Shown here in pieces: positions 24,265-32,381 of a DNA stretch of 64,000 nt. The DNA is from a virus: positions 1 through 64,000 of IMG/VR virus record IMGVR_UViG_3300025572_000001, one strand, 5' to 3'. The notes under the pieces were generated by a model. That model was not told the origin of the DNA, made no database searches, and saw only the letters and a program-made list of their open reading frames with translations. Every line of letters starts with the position of its first letter. Within the stretch, counting starts at the first letter, position 1. Made by a program: the position numbers and the translations under genes.

Positions 24265-24918
24265 GTGTCTAAGAAGCTATGGGGCAAAGATAAGTGGGAT
24301 TCGGAATTGTTTGATGGGTGTAATACTGGATCGGGCAAGGGCTTCACAGGCTATAAGTGCTATACGACCCATAAGCCCCTAAAGCTGCCTGGTACTGACT
24401 TTGTAATTTACGGGGGCTCGTGTGGGAGCCCCGTTGTAACCGATGCAGATGTCTATATCGGCTTCGACAAGCATTCGATGTCGTTCACAGATAGGCATTG
24501 GCCGTGGAAAGAGGGTGAGGAAATCCTGTTCCCTGTTACGGACATGTCGGTGCCGAGCAGCGTGGGTGATTACAAGAAGCTGGTCTCCTGGACGTTGGAG
24601 AAGTTGCAGGAGGGTAAGAAGGTCCATTGCGGGTGCATCGGTGGTCACGGTCGGACAGGTATGTTCCTCGCAGCCCTTGTTTGCGAGTGCGGGGAGGCTG
24701 ATGCGATCACCTATGTTCGGGAGAACTATTGCCATAAGGCGGTTGAGTCCAAGTCTCAGGTAGACTTCCTGGTGAAGCATTTCGGTTCAAAACCAGCGAG
24801 TGCAACGAAGGGGTTTGTTTCCTCCACGAAGGGGTATTCGCCCAAATCCTACAAGCCCGTTGCGGCACCAAAGAAGTTCATTCCGCTTCCGAGTAATGGG
24901 CATATCTGGGGCAATTAA
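24265..24918 (+). CDS. dual-specificity/PTP-like phosphatase, paralog 2
   Basis: CX5R P-loop HCGCIGGHGRTG (Cys 24634..24636, Arg 24652..24654). FPVTDMSVP parallels PIMDFSIP of paralog 1. GTG 24265 lies 5 nt after CACGGAGG. Confidence 0.72.
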   Translation: MSKKLWGKDKWDSELFDGCNTGSGKGFTGYKCYTTHKPLKLPGTDFVIYGGSCGSPVVTDADVYIGFDKHSMSFTDRHWPWKEGEEILFPVTDMSVPSSVGDYKKLVSWTLEKLQEGKKVHCGCIGGHGRTGMFLAALVCECGEADAITYVRENYCHKAVESKSQVDFLVKHFGSKPASATKGFVSSTKGYSPKSYKPVAAPKKFIPLPSNGHIWGN

Positions 24919-24923
24919 TTGCA
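24910..24923. repeat. 1-mismatch palindrome copy gGCAATTAATTGCA
   Basis: Straddles the stop at 24916..24918. Confidence 0.9.
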
Positions 24924-24990
24924 ATACGCTTGAAAAAGGGTATCGGGGAGATAGAGTGTTGATGGAAACCATCAGACCACGGAGGGTACA

Positions 24991-25791
24991 GTGGCTATCA
25001 AGATTGTAAGTTTCACCGGAAAGACGCTGCTACAGAAGGTCGGTGTTTCAGAGGATACGCTGAACTCACTGGCAGCTGCGGGGGTCAAGCCCGCTATCAT
25101 CAGCGGTAACCTGATTCTGCAGAACCAGATAACTCTTAAACCCTATGCATCTGTTCAGATTGGTTGGGACAAGATCAGCCAGCTAAAGGCAAACAAGCTG
25201 GCACCGACCGATCTTCAGATACTGAAGGCCAACATAGAGGCGGCGTGTAAGGACGCCCTGTATGCAGCGGGGGTGGCGGCATCCACCGTAGCTTCTACTA
25301 AAGCCGAGAAGTTCAAGGCTGGATTTGAAGCCGGTGTCATCTCCAAGCTTCCTCCGCTGAAGTTGCCGTCGAAGGAAAAGCCGAAGGCACTCGCGGAGGC
25401 TTCTGGGTGGCCTATGTTCGATCTGGCCAAGCTGAAAACGGCACCCACGGTCAAGCTGCGGGACGCCACGATGATGTATCAGCCCGTCATGGGCACCTCG
25501 ACTGGCTCCCGTTACTACCTGGTCGCGGCAAATAAGGACGTGCGGATAGCGGCTCGATACATTGACAAGGGTGGGCAGCTTTCCCTGCGGATAGAGGGCC
25601 CGAATTGGTCGCAGTACACGGATAAGATTCAGGCGTGTGGCATCACCAAGATTGAGTCCGACTATGCCAGCATTCATTTGAATTGCGGGGGAGACTTCGT
25701 TCTTGCGAACAAGACTCTGGGGGCTTTGCTTCTTGGTCTGGGCATCCAGTTCGAGACTCCGCTGCCTGATCTGAAGGTGATTGCAAAATGA
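24991..25791 (+). CDS. hypothetical protein, N-terminus MAIKIV
   Basis: GTG 24991 lies 5 nt after CACGGAGG. 266 aa. Confidence 0.6.
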   Translation: MAIKIVSFTGKTLLQKVGVSEDTLNSLAAAGVKPAIISGNLILQNQITLKPYASVQIGWDKISQLKANKLAPTDLQILKANIEAACKDALYAAGVAASTVASTKAEKFKAGFEAGVISKLPPLKLPSKEKPKALAEASGWPMFDLAKLKTAPTVKLRDATMMYQPVMGTSTGSRYYLVAANKDVRIAARYIDKGGQLSLRIEGPNWSQYTDKIQACGITKIESDYASIHLNCGGDFVLANKTLGALLLGLGIQFETPLPDLKVIAK

Positions 25792-26000
25792 TGACCATTG
25801 AGCAGTTCGACAGCCTGGAGGTCGGAGACCTCATTGAAACCTCGCCCGTTTTCAAGGCCCTTTCAGATGAGCCACTGGTGCTTCATGTGGTCCTCAAGGA
25901 GGACGACAAGGCCGAGTTCGTGGTGACGTACATGGGGGTAACGCTTGGGCGTTGGTCCTGTGGCAAGGTGAACGGGGAGTTGGAGTGGGTGACATGGTGA
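25788..26000 (+). CDS. hypothetical protein
   Basis: 70-aa ORF with ATGA overlap with the previous gene. Confidence 0.5.
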   Translation: MMTIEQFDSLEVGDLIETSPVFKALSDEPLVLHVVLKEDDKAEFVVTYMGVTLGRWSCGKVNGELEWVTW

Positions 26001-26404
26001 ATGATACGCTGGCTTATGCCCTGGCTGATTCGCTGAACATGGCGCTCGAAGCGGGGGTGTCTGATCCGAAGCTTCGTGGTTCGGACACGTTCACCGTTGA
26101 TATTGCCGGTATGGGTATTCCTTTTGCGGTGAGGGTGGTGAGTGCTCTGGTTGAGCGAAATAAGCACATGATCATTGCGAAGTGCCAAGGGAATTTGGCT
26201 TTGTTTCTTGCGGCGGTCGCTGGGAAGAAGGGCGAACCAGATGTTACCCTGTTGATTCTCAACCTCGCGAAAATGACAAATCCGGCAGGATTTCTGGAGA
26301 AAGTGGAACCAGCGTCAGAGAAGATTGTAGAGAGGTTGCTTGAGAAAGCGGTGGTAAAGAAGTACCGCAAGGAAAAGAACAAGTGGATCGAGATCGCTAG
26401 GTAG
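25994..26404 (+). CDS. hypothetical protein
   Basis: ATG 25994 overlaps the previous stop (ATGGTGA). 136 aa. Confidence 0.5.
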   Translation: MVNDTLAYALADSLNMALEAGVSDPKLRGSDTFTVDIAGMGIPFAVRVVSALVERNKHMIIAKCQGNLALFLAAVAGKKGEPDVTLLILNLAKMTNPAGFLEKVEPASEKIVERLLEKAVVKKYRKEKNKWIEIAR

Positions 26405-26408
26405 TGAA

Positions 26409-28796
26409 ATGGGTTCCCTGAAAATATGGACTACGGCAGACACACCACTTCTCAAACAGACCTTCGGACAGAGCCTGCGTAAGTTCAGGCCGGACATCCC
26501 CCCGCATCAATTCATTCCGTTGGACTTCAATGAAGAACCCCCCGTCCCTGATGAAGGAGGGGTTGTTCTTGTTTGCGGAGCAAAGCCTCTGAAGGCTCTG
26601 GAGGAAGCAGGAATCGCGCCGAAAAAGAGAACGGTCACATCAATGCGGGAGAACCCTATCCCGAGAAGTGGTGGGTATTATCTCGTGACGTTCGATCCGG
26701 CTGTTACCGGTTCAGAGCCAGAGAAGATGGACTTGATGGATTGGGATTTGCGTCTGGCCGTTCGGCTGATGAGGACAGGGAAGTTGGACCCCGAGGTCGG
26801 TAAGTACGTGTGGGTCAATGACTATCAGCCCATGATCGACTGGATCGAAGCCCAGTACGCAGAGACCGGCCAGCCGGTTGATGTGGCTTTGGACCTCGAA
26901 ACCATGGGATTTCATCCGTGGTATCCGGAGAAGGACATCGTTTCCATCAGCTTCACGGCTCGTCCTGGTACAGCGGAACTCTTGTATCTCGGGCCACAGG
27001 AGCACCCGATTGAGCTCAATCCGGACGTGCCGCTCTATGACCAGATCAAGTGGCTGATGACCTCACCGAAGGTGAAACTGAGAGGGGCGAACCTGAAATT
27101 CGACCTCGTGTGGATCGCTGAGAAGTGGGGCATCGAGTGCACGAACTTCAAGTTCGATATCTGCCTGGTCGGAAACCTTCTGAACGAAAACCGCTCAAAC
27201 GGCCTGAACACGCTGGCGAAAATCTACACGCCCATGGGCGGGTATGACGACTATCTGGAAAAGAAGTACGACAAGGGCAAGATGGAGCTCATCCCGCCGT
27301 CTGACCTTCTGACCTATGCTGGTGGTGACACGGATGCCTGTCATCAAGTGGCGGACCTTCTGAAGGATGAGCTTTTGGAGGATGAGCAGCTGACGCGGTT
27401 CTACTTGAAGATTTTGCATCCGGCTGCGAGGGCGTTTGAGAAGATCGAGCGTCGTGGGGTCCTGGTTGACGTTGAGAAGTATCATGCCCTGGCTGACGAG
27501 CTTCGGGAGGTGATCAAGGAAAGCCAGAACAAGGCAATGGAGCTCCTGCCGAACCGGATGCGGATCAAGTACAGGGAGAGGATCGAAGCCCAAATCCAGA
27601 AGGGCAAGAGCCCCCTGCTGCCGTCCATCCTGAAAGAATATTTCTTCACTCCGCATGGGCTGAACCTGAAACCCAAGGAGTTCACCGAGAAAACAGGTGA
27701 GCCGTCCATGACCAAGAGCCATTTGCGTCAGTTCGCTGACGTGCCGGAGGCAGCGGCCATGGTCGAGGCTCTGACCGAGATGGACTCGGCGGCAAAGACC
27801 CTGAGCACGTTCGTGGAAGGCTTCCTCGAACATTTGCGACCGGATGGGCGCATCCATCCGACCTACATGCTCTTCCATGGTGGTCTGTATGACGATGACA
27901 GCGAAGAGTCCGGCACGGTGACTGGACGGTTGTCGGCCAAGGACCCAGCGTTCCAAACCCTGCCCAAGAAGACGAAGTGGGCGAAGAAAATCCGCGCCTG
28001 TTATCCGGCTCCGCCTGGCAAGGTCGTCATGCAGTTGGACTACAGCCAGGGTGAGCTTCGCGTGGTGGCTTGTGTGGCGAACGAGAAGAACATGATCGCC
28101 GCCTACGAGGAGGGCAAGGACCTGCACGCGGTGACCGGGGCTCAGCTTGGTGGCGTGAGCTACGAGGAGTTCCTGAGCTGGAAGGGCTGCGAGGATGAAA
28201 AGCTCGCCAAGATGTTCGATGACCTGCGTTCCCGAGCCAAGGCCGGTAACTTCGGCCTGCTCTACGGTATGGGTGTCGAGGGCTTCCAGGCTTATGCGTG
28301 GGCGAACTACGGCCTCCGACTGACTTACGCGGAAGCGGAGAGGATCAGAACCGACTTCTTTGCTCTGTACCCCGGCCTTGTCGCCTACCACGAACGTCAG
28401 AGGGAGTTGGTGCGGTTCAGGGAAATGGTCCGTTCACCACTTGGACGAATACGTCATCTTCCGATGATTCGCAGTTGGGATAAGGCGGTGAAGGCCAAGG
28501 CCGAGAGGCAGGCGATAAATTCCCCAATCCAGTCTTGTCTTTCCGATATGATGTTGTGGGCCATCGCGCTCATTACGGACGCTTATCCGGAGATTGAAAT
28601 TGTAGGCATGATTCACGATGCAATGATCGCCTACGTTCCGGAAGAAAATGCTGCCGAATGGGCTTTACGGGCTCAGGAGGTAATGAGTAATCTCCCGTTT
28701 CATGAAGTTGGGTGGCAACCGCAACTCAAGTTTCCCGCTGATGCGGAAGCCGGGCCCACTCTGGCAGAACTGAAGCCGCTGAAATTCGATGCGTGA
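26409..28796 (+). CDS. family A DNA polymerase with 3'-5' exonuclease domain
   Basis: Exonuclease motifs DLETMG, NLKFDL and YAGGDTD. Polymerase motif A DYSQGELRV, motif B RSRAKAGNFGLLYGMG, motif C GMIHDAMI. About 150 aa of extra N-terminal sequence. Confidence 0.93.
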   Translation: MGSLKIWTTADTPLLKQTFGQSLRKFRPDIPPHQFIPLDFNEEPPVPDEGGVVLVCGAKPLKALEEAGIAPKKRTVTSMRENPIPRSGGYYLVTFDPAVTGSEPEKMDLMDWDLRLAVRLMRTGKLDPEVGKYVWVNDYQPMIDWIEAQYAETGQPVDVALDLETMGFHPWYPEKDIVSISFTARPGTAELLYLGPQEHPIELNPDVPLYDQIKWLMTSPKVKLRGANLKFDLVWIAEKWGIECTNFKFDICLVGNLLNENRSNGLNTLAKIYTPMGGYDDYLEKKYDKGKMELIPPSDLLTYAGGDTDACHQVADLLKDELLEDEQLTRFYLKILHPAARAFEKIERRGVLVDVEKYHALADELREVIKESQNKAMELLPNRMRIKYRERIEAQIQKGKSPLLPSILKEYFFTPHGLNLKPKEFTEKTGEPSMTKSHLRQFADVPEAAAMVEALTEMDSAAKTLSTFVEGFLEHLRPDGRIHPTYMLFHGGLYDDDSEESGTVTGRLSAKDPAFQTLPKKTKWAKKIRACYPAPPGKVVMQLDYSQGELRVVACVANEKNMIAAYEEGKDLHAVTGAQLGGVSYEEFLSWKGCEDEKLAKMFDDLRSRAKAGNFGLLYGMGVEGFQAYAWANYGLRLTYAEAERIRTDFFALYPGLVAYHERQRELVRFREMVRSPLGRIRHLPMIRSWDKAVKAKAERQAINSPIQSCLSDMMLWAIALITDAYPEIEIVGMIHDAMIAYVPEENAAEWALRAQEVMSNLPFHEVGWQPQLKFPADAEAGPTLAELKPLKFDA

Positions 28797-28804
28797 CCCG
28801 AAAA

Positions 28805-28818
28805 TGCAATTAATTGCA
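28805..28818. repeat. exact 14-bp palindrome TGCAATTAATTGCA
   Basis: Intergenic between the polymerase and the portal gene. Confidence 0.95.
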
Positions 28819-28859
28819 GAAGGGAAACGCGGTATGAGTAGGCGTGAAGGGAGATTGAA

Positions 28860-30692
28860 ATGTCGGAGACCAAGGATCAGGCAGAGAATACCACCCAGTC
28901 CGTCACCTTCCGCATGGTTGGATTTGGTGGCGGGGAGAAAACAGCCCTACAGAAGGCGGTTTGGGGCGAGGATGCGATTGGCCCGCAGGCCCTTGAGCCT
29001 GAAGATGAGTTCAAGCAGTTCTACGTCTCAAGCACGGATGACGCGAAAATTCTTCCCCCGCCGTATCCGCTTGATACGCTCGACCGGCTTTGTCAGGAGA
29101 ACAACACGCTGGCACCCTGTATTGAGGCGATGGTCACGAACGTCGATGGTACAGGGTATGACTTCACATCGGCTGATGATGTGGTAGAGGACAACAAGGA
29201 TGACGAGAAGATAAAGGCGCTCAGGGAGTTCTTTATGGAGCCCTGGCCCGGAGAGTCTTTCGTCACCATCCGGCAGAAGCTGCGGCGCGATCTTGAGCGG
29301 GTGGGGAATGCCTACCTGGAGGTCCTTCGTAACCCGAAGGATGAGATCGTCTTCATCCGGCATGTGTCTGCCAAGATGATCCGACTGGTGGAGCTGGGTG
29401 ATCCTGTAGCCACGGAAAAGAAGCTTATCCGTAATGGAAAAGAAGTCACGGTCACTGTGATGGAGCGTCACCGCCGTTACGCTCAGCTGGTGAACGGAAA
29501 GGCCCTGGTTTATTTCAAGGATTTCGGTGTTCCTCTCGATCTGGACAAGAACACAGGTAAGTGGGCTGACAAAGGTCAAAGGCTTCCCGCCAAGACCAGA
29601 GCCACCGAGATCATACATTTCACCTGTGTGCCCGACTCGAAGACGCCTTATGGCGTTCCTCGCTGGATCAGCCAACTCCCATCGGTGCTGGGCTCACGTA
29701 AGGCCGAGGAGTTCAATCTGGAGTTCTTCGACAACGGCGGTATCCCGCCCATCCTGATCATGCTCCAGGGTGGCATGTTGCAGGATGAAACCCGAAAGGC
29801 TCTTGAGCAAAAGACTTCCGGCCCTGCTTCCAAGCTTAACCGTGTGCAGATCATCGAGGTTGAGCCGGTTGGCGGTTCGCTTGACCACCCGACGCAGGCC
29901 AGAGTGACAGTCGAGCGGTTCGGCAGCGACCGCATGAACGATTCCATGTTCGAGAACTACGACGAAAAGTGCGAGTCTCGCATTCGTCGGGCGTTCCGAT
30001 TGCCTCCGATCTTCGTTGGTTCGGCTGAGAACTACAACTACGCCTCAGCCTATGTGTCCTGTACGCTGGCAGAAGCCCAGGTTTTCAAGCCTGAGCGGGA
30101 TGAGTTTGATGAGATCGTCAACATGCGTCTTCTCCCGGCTCTGGGGTACACGGGGTATAAGATGATCTCCAAGCCGCTGAACATCGAGGACGTTCAGACC
30201 AAACTCCAGGCTATTGAACTCTCGATGAACACCGGCGTCGTGGACATGAAGGATATTGTCTACGAGATCAACGAGGCGGCTGGCACCAACATCAAGGTCA
30301 CGGATGAGCCTCTGTACACGCTCAGTCAGCTTACCGTTGATGCGATGGGCAATGTCGTACCTGGTCGGATGAAGACCAAGCCGAATGGCCCCGTGAACGC
30401 CAACGGGGTTCCACAGAGGACTCCGGCCCCTAGCGAAAATGCAAAGAAGTCGGAAGACCTGACGGTCGTAGACCTGGCCAAGGAAGCCATGGAAGCCTTC
30501 CGTAACAGGGATTTTGCTTCCCTATCCAAGACGCTGCAATTAATTTCACGTCTGGATGAACGTGGGCAGCACGAGTTCCGAAAGGCTTGCGCGACCATGA
30601 GGTTCCTGGACGTGGAAAATGATCCGGATGGTCTTGGGGAGCTCCTGGGGTGCACCATGGAAGTCATGGCCCATGAGCATCACGCCCATTAA
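28860..30692 (+). CDS. portal protein
   Basis: 610 aa, directly upstream of the Mu F-like and protease genes. YGVPRWISQLPSV..FFDNGGIPP is reminiscent of PBSX/HK97-type portals (memory). Confidence 0.8.
   Translation: MSETKDQAENTTQSVTFRMVGFGGGEKTALQKAVWGEDAIGPQALEPEDEFKQFYVSSTDDAKILPPPYPLDTLDRLCQENNTLAPCIEAMVTNVDGTGYDFTSADDVVEDNKDDEKIKALREFFMEPWPGESFVTIRQKLRRDLERVGNAYLEVLRNPKDEIVFIRHVSAKMIRLVELGDPVATEKKLIRNGKEVTVTVMERHRRYAQLVNGKALVYFKDFGVPLDLDKNTGKWADKGQRLPAKTRATEIIHFTCVPDSKTPYGVPRWISQLPSVLGSRKAEEFNLEFFDNGGIPPILIMLQGGMLQDETRKALEQKTSGPASKLNRVQIIEVEPVGGSLDHPTQARVTVERFGSDRMNDSMFENYDEKCESRIRRAFRLPPIFVGSAENYNYASAYVSCTLAEAQVFKPERDEFDEIVNMRLLPALGYTGYKMISKPLNIEDVQTKLQAIELSMNTGVVDMKDIVYEINEAAGTNIKVTDEPLYTLSQLTVDAMGNVVPGRMKTKPNGPVNANGVPQRTPAPSENAKKSEDLTVVDLAKEAMEAFRNRDFASLSKTLQLISRLDERGQHEFRKACATMRFLDVENDPDGLGELLGCTMEVMAHEHHAH
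30535..30548. repeat. 1-mismatch palindrome copy TGCAATTAATTtCA
   Basis: Intragenic, near the portal 3' end. Confidence 0.9.
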
Positions 30693-30703
30693 AGGAGGGT
30701 GTG

Positions 30704-31561
30704 ATGGTTGACCTTACCGCCTTTCTCAGTCTGGAAAGGTCAATGGCGGCTCCCGTTCTCAGAGCGTGGGAACGGGTAGCCCGTAACCTTGTCGATCAGA
30801 TTGAACAGCTTGTTGCCGAGGGTCGATGGGATGACGCCCACGACCTTATCAATCACCTGTCTCTGCTTGGCCTGGTTGACAGTCAGCGTAGCCAATTGGA
30901 AGAGGTCGCTGTAGCGGCTCTTCTGTTTGGAGCCCAGAACCTGACCGGAAACGTGCGGTCCACGTCTTACGTGGAAGGCAGAAAGCCTGTTCCGTATGAG
31001 CTTCAGCTGGCCCTAGACCAGTTGACTGACATCGTGGAAGTCAACGGGGCCGAGGCTGTGCGCAATCAATTGCACACGTATGTGCGCGTGAGGGAAGCCA
31101 AAATTTCTGACGCCAAGCCTATGGCTCCGCTTCCACTACTGACTTTCGGAGCCGGTAAGCTGCTTATTGATCTGGCCGCAAATCTCACCACCAGCAGGGT
31201 TGTAAGCCTCGGGTTCCTTTCCGAGGCTGTTGAGAGGGAAGTGTCCAGATACATGGTTTCGGAAGTTCTGGACCATCGAACCTGTGCCATTTGTCAGCAT
31301 ATGCACGGGCGCGTTTTCGAGGTGACCAGAGAGTATTCGAGGATCGTTGAAATTCTTAGCACCCAGGACCCAAACCAGTTGAGAGCATCTGCGCCGTGGC
31401 CAAAGGCGACCAGAGCCACCATAGAACAGATTCGATCCATGTCGGATGCTGAGCTCCAGATGTCTGGGTTTGGTAGCCCACCTTATCATCCCATGTGTCG
31501 TGGTGTTCTCGTGCCTTTAGGGACCGTAACAGAGATCACGACAGCAGAGTTGGTGGCTTAG
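30704..31561 (+). CDS. minor head protein, Mu gpF / SPP1 gp7 family
   Basis: CAICQHMHGRVF ... PPYHPMCRGVLVP is the characteristic Mu F-like C-terminal signature. Confidence 0.78.
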   Translation: MVDLTAFLSLERSMAAPVLRAWERVARNLVDQIEQLVAEGRWDDAHDLINHLSLLGLVDSQRSQLEEVAVAALLFGAQNLTGNVRSTSYVEGRKPVPYELQLALDQLTDIVEVNGAEAVRNQLHTYVRVREAKISDAKPMAPLPLLTFGAGKLLIDLAANLTTSRVVSLGFLSEAVEREVSRYMVSEVLDHRTCAICQHMHGRVFEVTREYSRIVEILSTQDPNQLRASAPWPKATRATIEQIRSMSDAELQMSGFGSPPYHPMCRGVLVPLGTVTEITTAELVA

Positions 31562-31615
31562 GACAAACTGTCTGTCTCGCAGAGACGAAACTGGTACTTT
31601 TCATAGTCCACATAA

Positions 31616-31629
31616 TGCAATTAATTGCA
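31616..31629. repeat. exact 14-bp palindrome TGCAATTAATTGCA
   Basis: Lies in the long gap 31562..31790. Confidence 0.95.
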
Positions 31630-31637
31630 GTTCGTCG

Positions 31638-31665
31638 TTGACGGAGTAGGATGCATCCGTATTCT
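31638..31665 (+). promoter_or_regulatory. candidate sigma70-type promoter TTGACG-N16-TATTCT
   Basis: Read directly, 9 nt downstream of the palindrome. The spacer contains GGATGCATCC. Hexamer match only. Confidence 0.25.
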
Positions 31666-31790
31666 CCGGCTCTGTGTATCGTGCATTGACATCGAGGTTG
31701 GTGGTGTTTCGTAAGGCTGAGGGCATTGCTGGTGAAGGTGGTTTTCCGACCGCGCCTTCTGGCGTGTCCGAAAGACATGGAAACACCCAT

Positions 31791-32381
31791 ATGGCCCCGA
31801 TTAAGAAGGCCGACGACGAATTGCAGATTGTCTGGTCTGAGGTGTACGCCCCAGGTGTCCCCGATAGTCAGGGGGATTTCATGTCTCGTGAGTCCATACG
31901 GGAAATGGCATACGAGTTCATGCGGAAGGGCCTGGTCACGAAAATCGACCTCAATCACACCCAGCAGGAGTCAGGCTGCTATGTCGTCGAGTCCTTCATT
32001 GCAAGGGACGATGATCCGATTTTCATTCCAGGTTCGTGGGTTCTCGGAGTGAAAGTCCCTGACCCCGAAATCTGGCGAATGGTTAAATCGGGGGAGTTAA
32101 ACGGCTTCTCTTTTGATGGTGTAGGGATCAGGCGCGAAACGGAAATCGAGCTTTACATCCCAGAGACCATTGAAGGAGAGACTGACGAGGTGGACGGACA
32201 CAGGCACCGCTTTTTCGTCAAGTATGACGAAGAAGGTCGCTTCCTCGGCGGCTACACCAGTCCCGGTCCAGATGGGCACGTGCACAAGATTCTGCGTGGG
32301 ACGATTACCGAAGAGGAGAACGGCCACGCACATCGCTTCTCGTTCGTTGAGGTAATGGTCAATGCCGAAAGTACGCATTAA
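31791..32381 (+). CDS. XkdF-like prohead protease
   Basis: KKADDELQIVWSEVYAPGVPDSQGDFMSRESIREMAYEFM resembles the XkdF family N-terminus (memory). The start is uncertain; GTG 31674 is the track start. Confidence 0.55.
   Translation: MAPIKKADDELQIVWSEVYAPGVPDSQGDFMSRESIREMAYEFMRKGLVTKIDLNHTQQESGCYVVESFIARDDDPIFIPGSWVLGVKVPDPEIWRMVKSGELNGFSFDGVGIRRETEIELYIPETIEGETDEVDGHRHRFFVKYDEEGRFLGGYTSPGPDGHVHKILRGTITEEENGHAHRFSFVEVMVNAESTH

Noticed and set aside
31562-31790. The long non-coding stretch checked for a tRNA or small RNA gene.
   Set aside because: I could not fold a cloverleaf or a terminator-bounded unit by eye. No other intergenic region in the window is long enough for a tRNA.
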